A stretch of DNA of 64,000 nt from an uncultured Gammaproteobacteria bacterium (lineage in GTDB: Bacteria; Patescibacteriota; Microgenomatia; UBA8517): NCBI GenBank assembly GCA_965231135.1, contig OZ246419.1, forward strand, positions 577,488 to 641,487. Direction: 5' to 3'. Position 1 is the first letter of the stretch; each line of letters begins with the position of its first letter. This document shows, piece after piece, positions 58,742-64,000 of this stretch. Under the pieces are notes generated by a model. That model was given only the letters and a program-made list of their open reading frames with translations, did no database searches and was not told where the DNA came from. Both the position numbers and the translations under genes were made by a program.

Positions 58742-60448
58742 ATGGTTACCAAACGTGTAATTGCAATTGCAATTTTCGTTCTGCTTTTCGTAGTACAAGG
58801 AGTAGATGCGGGAGCCATCATCGCAACTGGTCCATTACCTGAGAATGGGAAACTTCAAGTTGTGTGGGGGCTAGCACCATCGGAACAATCAAGTGACGAA
58901 TGGATCGGATTGTTTTTGCAGGGTACATATCCTGGAAATCCAGTTCAACACATTTCAGTATCTGGTTCCAGCGGAGTTGTTTATATCGATCCTCCCACGA
59001 ATCCTGGAACATACAAGTTCTATCTTTTCAGTAATGGAGTGATGATACAACAAGGGAATACTACTACAATAACAGGTATTCCTCCGACAGCAACACCAGG
59101 GAACCCAAATCCGCAACCTGCAACAAACGGAACAATGCCCAGATTGGCTGGAGCACAACAACCTAATGTTCCTGGTGGTGTCAATCTTAGCGTTGTTTGT
59201 TATGACGCTAATTATCGCGACGGAGCAGTAAACATCGACAATCCTGCTGACGCAGATGGTTGGAGATGCAAAAGTGGTAATACACTAGGGACATTGGATT
59301 GGAATTTAATATGTCACAATGTCTACGGGGATGATTGGCATCCAGAAAGGATCTCAAACAATATTGATGGCTGGCGTTGTGCGCAAGGTGCAGTTGGACA
59401 ACCGCCGGTGATATATGTCACACCAACACCTAATCAAGTAAATCCTGTGGTTAGTAATAACAATTGCGGTGCTTTGGCGCCACAATTAAAAGCTGGACAA
59501 CAGGCAATGGTTACCCAAAACGGTAAGTCGTTGAATCTTCGAACCGGCCCTGGAGTTAGCAACGACCTCATTGAGGTTTTGCAACCGGGAACCATCGGAG
59601 TAGTTGTCGGCGGTCAATATCAATGCCGCGACGGCTACACTTGGTTTGAGTTGCAGTTCGGAAACGAGACTGGTTGGGTGGCAGAATCAGGGAGCGGATA
59701 CTATTGGATTACCAATAATCTGACTACCGCTCAACCGACAGCAGTTCCGCAGCCTCCCAATCCGCCAGTTCAAAATCCACTAAGCAATCCGTCGAATCCT
59801 TCGGGAAACAGCGGGAATGGAGGATCCGGAAACAGTACTGACAATGGATCTGGGGGTAATCAAAACCTTCCTTCGACAGCAGCTGGAGGAATCGATCTCT
59901 ATCAGTATTGCAAGTCGCTGGGATATGTGGACTTGAAGCTTGTAGTCGATAATATTGACGGCTGGAAATGTGTTGACTCCAACGGGCAGTTTGTTGGAAT
60001 TGATATGGATAAAGCATGTGCTTGGCAATACTACGGAGTACCATTCGACGCAGCTTTGTTCACCAATTCCAACGATGCGAGTACTTGGAAATGTTATCCA
60101 AACATTCCGTCGGGGCAGGAGCAAAGTTTTCAACGGGTAATTCAGGGTTTTCCTAATTTGCAACCCGATATTGCGTTTCGGTTAGTCACCGACTTGTCTC
60201 GAGCACAGAATGTATTGCTGTGTTCAGATGACTTTCAAGAATTGATCGGTAACGCAAGTGTTGTAGCTGGAGCTGTGGCTCATGGTGATTTGTCAGTACA
60301 GCTTCTTATGCCCGCCGGTATTTCCGATTCTTGTTCCGGAAGTTTTTCGGATCTGATGGATATTGTGGGTGCAGAATGGCCATCGATTCAATCCCAGTTA
60401 CAAAACGCCATTAACACAATTGGAGGCGTAATCGGAGACGTGGGGTAA
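58742..60448 (+). CDS. secreted repeat protein with four W-x-C repeats and an SH3b-like domain; locally higher GC
   Basis: A signal peptide is followed by the repeats 'DGWRCKSGN', 'IDGWRCAQGA', 'IDGWKCVDSNGQ' and 'STWKCYPN'. The SH3b-like segment is 'NLRTGPGVSNDLIEVLQPGTIGVV'. Confidence 0.4.
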   Translation: MVTKRVIAIAIFVLLFVVQGVDAGAIIATGPLPENGKLQVVWGLAPSEQSSDEWIGLFLQGTYPGNPVQHISVSGSSGVVYIDPPTNPGTYKFYLFSNGVMIQQGNTTTITGIPPTATPGNPNPQPATNGTMPRLAGAQQPNVPGGVNLSVVCYDANYRDGAVNIDNPADADGWRCKSGNTLGTLDWNLICHNVYGDDWHPERISNNIDGWRCAQGAVGQPPVIYVTPTPNQVNPVVSNNNCGALAPQLKAGQQAMVTQNGKSLNLRTGPGVSNDLIEVLQPGTIGVVVGGQYQCRDGYTWFELQFGNETGWVAESGSGYYWITNNLTTAQPTAVPQPPNPPVQNPLSNPSNPSGNSGNGGSGNSTDNGSGGNQNLPSTAAGGIDLYQYCKSLGYVDLKLVVDNIDGWKCVDSNGQFVGIDMDKACAWQYYGVPFDAALFTNSNDASTWKCYPNIPSGQEQSFQRVIQGFPNLQPDIAFRLVTDLSRAQNVLLCSDDFQELIGNASVVAGAVAHGDLSVQLLMPAGISDSCSGSFSDLMDIVGAEWPSIQSQLQNAINTIGGVIGDVG

Positions 60449-60662
60449 TACGGGTATCAATATATGGGGAATCCCTTTTTTGAGATTTCCCATATAATTC
60501 CTTTTTGAACTAACTGATTCGAGATTTATTAATAATATTTATTAATTTTTGCAAAGTAAAATAATTGTTAATAGATCAAAAATTGATTTTAGATAATTAA
60601 GCGGTAAGTATAAATTGTTTTATTCATAAAAGCTTGGAATATAAGCACATACTTGCCGCTTT

Positions 60663-61049
60663 TTATTGCATTTTAGGATAAAAGTACAGTACTATAGAAG
60701 GTCCGATCACAACAAGTATCGAGTTCGGCGTAAGTTTATGTTGAGCAAATAGTACGATTTGAAAAATGATTAAAGTTGCAACATATCCAATTGCACCCCA
60801 TCTCTTCATATTCCAAAAACCGTAAAGCCATATTAAATTGATTGTATACAAAATCAATAAAAGTGGATCAATTTGCTTTCCGTTTATGAAAGTAAAGATT
60901 TTCTCGATAAATCCTGAAACAAGTAATATCCCTACAACTACAATCTCGCTTGGTCTTTTTTTATTTTTATATAGTAATTTTACAAATATATCCAGCACTA
61001 CCATCACTGCAATGACTGCTATAAAAGTTCCTATTACACCGACTTGCAT
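60663..61049 (-). CDS. small integral membrane protein
   Basis: Four predicted TM helices. Confidence 0.3.
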   Translation of the reverse strand: MQVGVIGTFIAVIAVMVVLDIFVKLLYKNKKRPSEIVVVGILLVSGFIEKIFTFINGKQIDPLLLILYTINLIWLYGFWNMKRWGAIGYVATLIIFQIVLFAQHKLTPNSILVVIGPSIVLYFYPKMQ

Positions 61050-61085
61050 ATTAATATAATAACAAAATTAATAATATAAAAATAT

Positions 61086-61634
61086 TCAGTTATTAAAATT
61101 TACGAAAGAAAATATTAAATTTATTTTAATTTGATTAAAAATATTCTCCAGTATGTTTTGCGGATTATTTGTCCAAAGAAATGTGTAAACTGTATTTTTA
61201 AAATAAAGGATTAAAAGTTTTTCATATCCAGCTGTAGTATATCCATCAAGTAAATATGCATCTAATCCATGGAATTTTATTATGCTTTTTTCTGTTAGTC
61301 CGTGAACCGCCTGTAGATATACTATGTCTTGGCTATTAACACAGGTTTCTAAACTATTTTTACACCCTCTATCAGTCTCGGTTGTATCAATTGTTAAATT
61401 AAAGTCGTTATTTCCACTATTCACATTTAACTCTCCGAAGTTTTCAACGCTAGGTGTGTACAAAACAGAATCCGACTGTGGATACTTGATTGATATTTCG
61501 TTACTGGGAAATCTAAATGTTTTCCATGTTTGCATCCACAAAAAGACTCCTATCCCAACAATTAGAATTAAACCAAGAGTTGTTCCAACAACTATTGATA
61601 ATATTTTCTTCCAGTTCTTTTTAAGCTTTTTCAT
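61086..61634 (-). CDS. membrane-anchored hypothetical protein
   Basis: The N-terminal TM helix is 'ILSIVVGTTLGLILIVGIGVFLW'. Confidence 0.3.
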   Translation of the reverse strand: MKKLKKNWKKILSIVVGTTLGLILIVGIGVFLWMQTWKTFRFPSNEISIKYPQSDSVLYTPSVENFGELNVNSGNNDFNLTIDTTETDRGCKNSLETCVNSQDIVYLQAVHGLTEKSIIKFHGLDAYLLDGYTTAGYEKLLILYFKNTVYTFLWTNNPQNILENIFNQIKINLIFSFVNFNN

Positions 61635-61641
61635 ATGAATA

Positions 61642-63387
61642 TTATACCACCTCTTTAGCTTTTTTGCCCCATCTTTCGCGGGAAACTTTGATTATTTTTT
61701 CTTTATTTCCGTTTACTAAACTTGGCAATGGCAACGTAGTTGCCAGGAATGGCCTTTCGCTGTGGCCATCGATCATCATCCTTAGGGCTATCTGATAATT
61801 TTGCATATTAATTAAATTGTCCTGGGTAAAAACGTTGGCAAATTCACTAGCTAAAATTCTTGCATCGCTTGCTCCTGCAGAGAAGGCAATTAAAGTCCCG
61901 GCATTTCCTAAAATTGCTTTTTGGACTTGAGGAGGAATTTGGTCGATATATTGATTAGCAAGCATTAAATTTAGATGATATTTGCGGGCTTCAGAGAGAA
62001 TTTTGATAAAAGAATCTGTGGCAAAATTTTGAAATTCATCAACATACAGATAAAAATCTTTTCTTTCGTTTTCATTTATATTTACGCGCTTCATCGCTGC
62101 AAGCTGAAGCTTAGTGATAAGCATTGCTCCAAGAAGTTTTCCATTATCTTCGCCGATTTTTCCTTGAGAAAGATTGGCAATAAGAATTTTTCCTGATTCG
62201 ATTACTTCTTCCAAATTAATGGTGCTTTTGGGCTTATCTATGACATTACGAAGAAGGGGAGAGGTAACAAACTGGCCAATTTTATTAAGAATAGGAAAAA
62301 CAACTTCTTTTTGAAGATTGGGCGGTAAATTTTCAAATTCATTTTCCCAGAAACTTTTTAAAACTTTGTCGTTTAGGTTTTGAGTAATTTCTAACCTAAA
62401 ATTTCTATCTGTTAATATTCTTGGGACATCTGCTAAAGTAGCGTCTGGGACTTCAGTCAAAGTTAAAAGTGCATTTCTTAAAACATATTCCAAACGCGGA
62501 CCCCAGAATTGTCCAAAGATTTTGCTGAAAATGGCGATAATTCCGGAAACAACAAACTCTGCTTCGTCTTTATCGGTAACCTCCAAAGGATTAATAGAAA
62601 TAGGAAATTCTCGGTCTGCCGGGTTTAAATAAATGACATCATTAATGCGAGAAGCGGGAATGTGATTTAATAAAATATCTGCCAAATCTCCATGCGGATC
62701 AATGACGGCAATTCCTTTACCTTTTCGAATATCATCAATTGCAAGATTGGCAATAAGAGTTGATTTGCCTGTACCTGTTTTTCCGATTGCCCAAATGTGG
62801 CGGCGACGGTCGTCATCTTTTATCCCAAAAACTGTTTCTTTATTTTTAAATGTAGTTTTAGCAAAGAAATTTACATTTTCTGTTGGCAAATTTAGAGGCG
62901 GGTCAGACAAAATTTCTGTGCCCCAGGAAAGGCCAGAAGTTTTAACTAAATTGGAAGGCAAATGCCAGAGAGTTGCCAATTCTTTGATATTTAAAATCGA
63001 AAAACTTGATAATTTTAAGAAATTTTTAGTAACAAAAGAATTTCCATCGGCGCGAGTAAAAACGCTAAATGAATCAATTAAAGAACTTAAAAGAGTTTTG
63101 TTATTTGATGAAATTTGAATTTTTACTTGAAAGGCCGGGCTTTCAGTTTTATTAAAAATTGGAGTCTTGTTTGTTTCTGGGTTATCGGCAATATATTTTT
63201 GAGCTTTGGCGACCCATGAGTCGCCTGTGCTTTTTAATTCATATTTAATTTCAGCAGTGTCTTTGTCTGAGGCTTTGGATAAAAGAGTTAAAAGAGTTGC
63301 AAGAGAATCAGATTCTTTGAAATCTGCGAAAATTTTAATAGGATAATAACTGCCGTATTTTAAAATTAAATTTTTCTTAAACTGCAA
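61642..63387 (-). CDS. P-loop NTPase of the TraD/VirD4/HerA-like (type IV secretion coupling protein-like) family
   Basis: The Walker A is 'AIGKTGTGKSTLIANL' and the Walker B-like is 'LYVDEFQNFAT'. The 88-aa ORF at 63366..63632 may be its N-terminal part. Confidence 0.4.
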   Translation of the reverse strand: MQFKKNLILKYGSYYPIKIFADFKESDSLATLLTLLSKASDKDTAEIKYELKSTGDSWVAKAQKYIADNPETNKTPIFNKTESPAFQVKIQISSNNKTLLSSLIDSFSVFTRADGNSFVTKNFLKLSSFSILNIKELATLWHLPSNLVKTSGLSWGTEILSDPPLNLPTENVNFFAKTTFKNKETVFGIKDDDRRRHIWAIGKTGTGKSTLIANLAIDDIRKGKGIAVIDPHGDLADILLNHIPASRINDVIYLNPADREFPISINPLEVTDKDEAEFVVSGIIAIFSKIFGQFWGPRLEYVLRNALLTLTEVPDATLADVPRILTDRNFRLEITQNLNDKVLKSFWENEFENLPPNLQKEVVFPILNKIGQFVTSPLLRNVIDKPKSTINLEEVIESGKILIANLSQGKIGEDNGKLLGAMLITKLQLAAMKRVNINENERKDFYLYVDEFQNFATDSFIKILSEARKYHLNLMLANQYIDQIPPQVQKAILGNAGTLIAFSAGASDARILASEFANVFTQDNLINMQNYQIALRMMIDGHSERPFLATTLPLPSLVNGNKEKIIKVSRERWGKKAKEVV

Positions 63388-63632
63388 AGACTCCTGATGT
63401 TTAGTTTTTCGACTGTAATTGTTGGGTAGGCTGAAAAAAGAGATGACTCTACAAAATCTGACTGGCTTTTATGACAGACAATTTTAAAATTTATTTGTTT
63501 ACTGGCGAGAAAAATAATTAAAGAAATGGGGGATTTGGTCGAAAGAATTGATGAAAGAAAAGTAAGCGCTGCATCAGGCGTGATTTCAGTATTTCTGGGA
63601 AGTTTTAGATTATAAACTACAGATTCAGCCAT
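63366..63632 (-). CDS. small ORF, possibly the N-terminal fragment of the downstream ATPase (frameshift?)
   Basis: The hydrophobic 88-aa ORF overlaps the ATPase start by 22 nt. Confidence 0.2.
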   Translation of the reverse strand: MAESVVYNLKLPRNTEITPDAALTFLSSILSTKSPISLIIFLASKQINFKIVCHKSQSDFVESSLFSAYPTITVEKLNIRSLCSLRKI

Positions 63633-63667
63633 GATAATGATTCATTATATAGTATAATATTTATTAT

Positions 63668-64000
63668 ATGTTTATTTTTAGAAGCATTAAAAGATTTTTG
63701 GTTGGGTGTTTATTAATTGTGGTCATCCTAATTATTTTAGGATTAATTTTTAGCGGAGTAATTATTAAAAAAGTAATAACTGGAGCAATTCAGCAAAAAA
63801 CTGGAGTTTCTGTAAATGTGGATAATAATAACAAGAGCTTGACTTATACAGATCCAAAAACTGGGCAAACCCTTTCAATTGGCAATAATAAAATTCCAGA
63901 TAACTTTCCTAAGGATTTTCCTATATATCCAGGCAGCAGCGTCACTACATCGCTTTCTGGAAATCAAAACGGACAAGGGAACGGATACTGGCTTACTTTA
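63668..64000 (+). CDS. hypothetical membrane-anchored protein, 3'-partial at the window end
   Basis: An ATG at 63668 opens 'MFIFRSIKRFLVGCLLIVVILIILGLIFSG...'. The frame has no stop before the window end. Confidence 0.3.
   Translation, partial: MFIFRSIKRFLVGCLLIVVILIILGLIFSGVIIKKVITGAIQQKTGVSVNVDNNNKSLTYTDPKTGQTLSIGNNKIPDNFPKDFPIYPGSSVTTSLSGNQNGQGNGYWLTL

Overview
This 64 kb window is AT-rich (roughly one-third GC) and looks like part of a reduced bacterial genome, possibly from the Candidate Phyla Radiation. Several housekeeping proteins are missing domains: the trigger factor has no PPIase domain, ThrRS has no N-terminal editing/TGS region, and PheT and HolB are short. TGA is used as a stop codon, so this is not genetic code 25.

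Backbone content:
- a translation and ribosomal block (thrS-infC-rpmI-rplT, then pheS-pheT; tyrS; rpmF-nusB-rnc-rpsP-KH)
- a class A PBP, recG, gyrB, ppa, typA, an MsbA-like ABC exporter, a NUDIX hydrolase and a CHASE2 class III nucleotidyl cyclase
- a complete minus-strand type IV pilus locus: pilB-pilT-pilC, major pilin, pilD, four to five further pilins (one with a LamG domain), a PilX-like protein, and pilM-pilN-pilO
- two tRNAs, Val-GAC and Ala-GGC
- a RelE/ParE-like toxin-antitoxin pair
- several large secreted Cys-rich or repeat proteins

The main finding is an integrated island of about 7.2 kb (3902..11136) in the 3' end of tRNA-Val. It is bounded by an exact 50-bp direct repeat (attL and attR) and begins with a tyrosine integrase. 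Its cargo is a thiazole/oxazole-modified peptide (TOMM/LAP) biosynthetic cluster:
- a 65-aa precursor with a Cys/Ser/Gly-rich core
- a YcaO cyclodehydratase
- a SagB-type dehydrogenase
- a histidine phosphatase
- a convergent APH-like kinase
- a 581-aa protein of unknown function

No recognisable E1-like/C protein is present. Other notable items are a T-box-like leader with an ACC specifier upstream of thrS, an unannotated rpmF, a 21-nt extended -10 promoter motif present twice, a pilin gene and a toxin gene with no canonical start codon, and a higher-GC secreted repeat protein.
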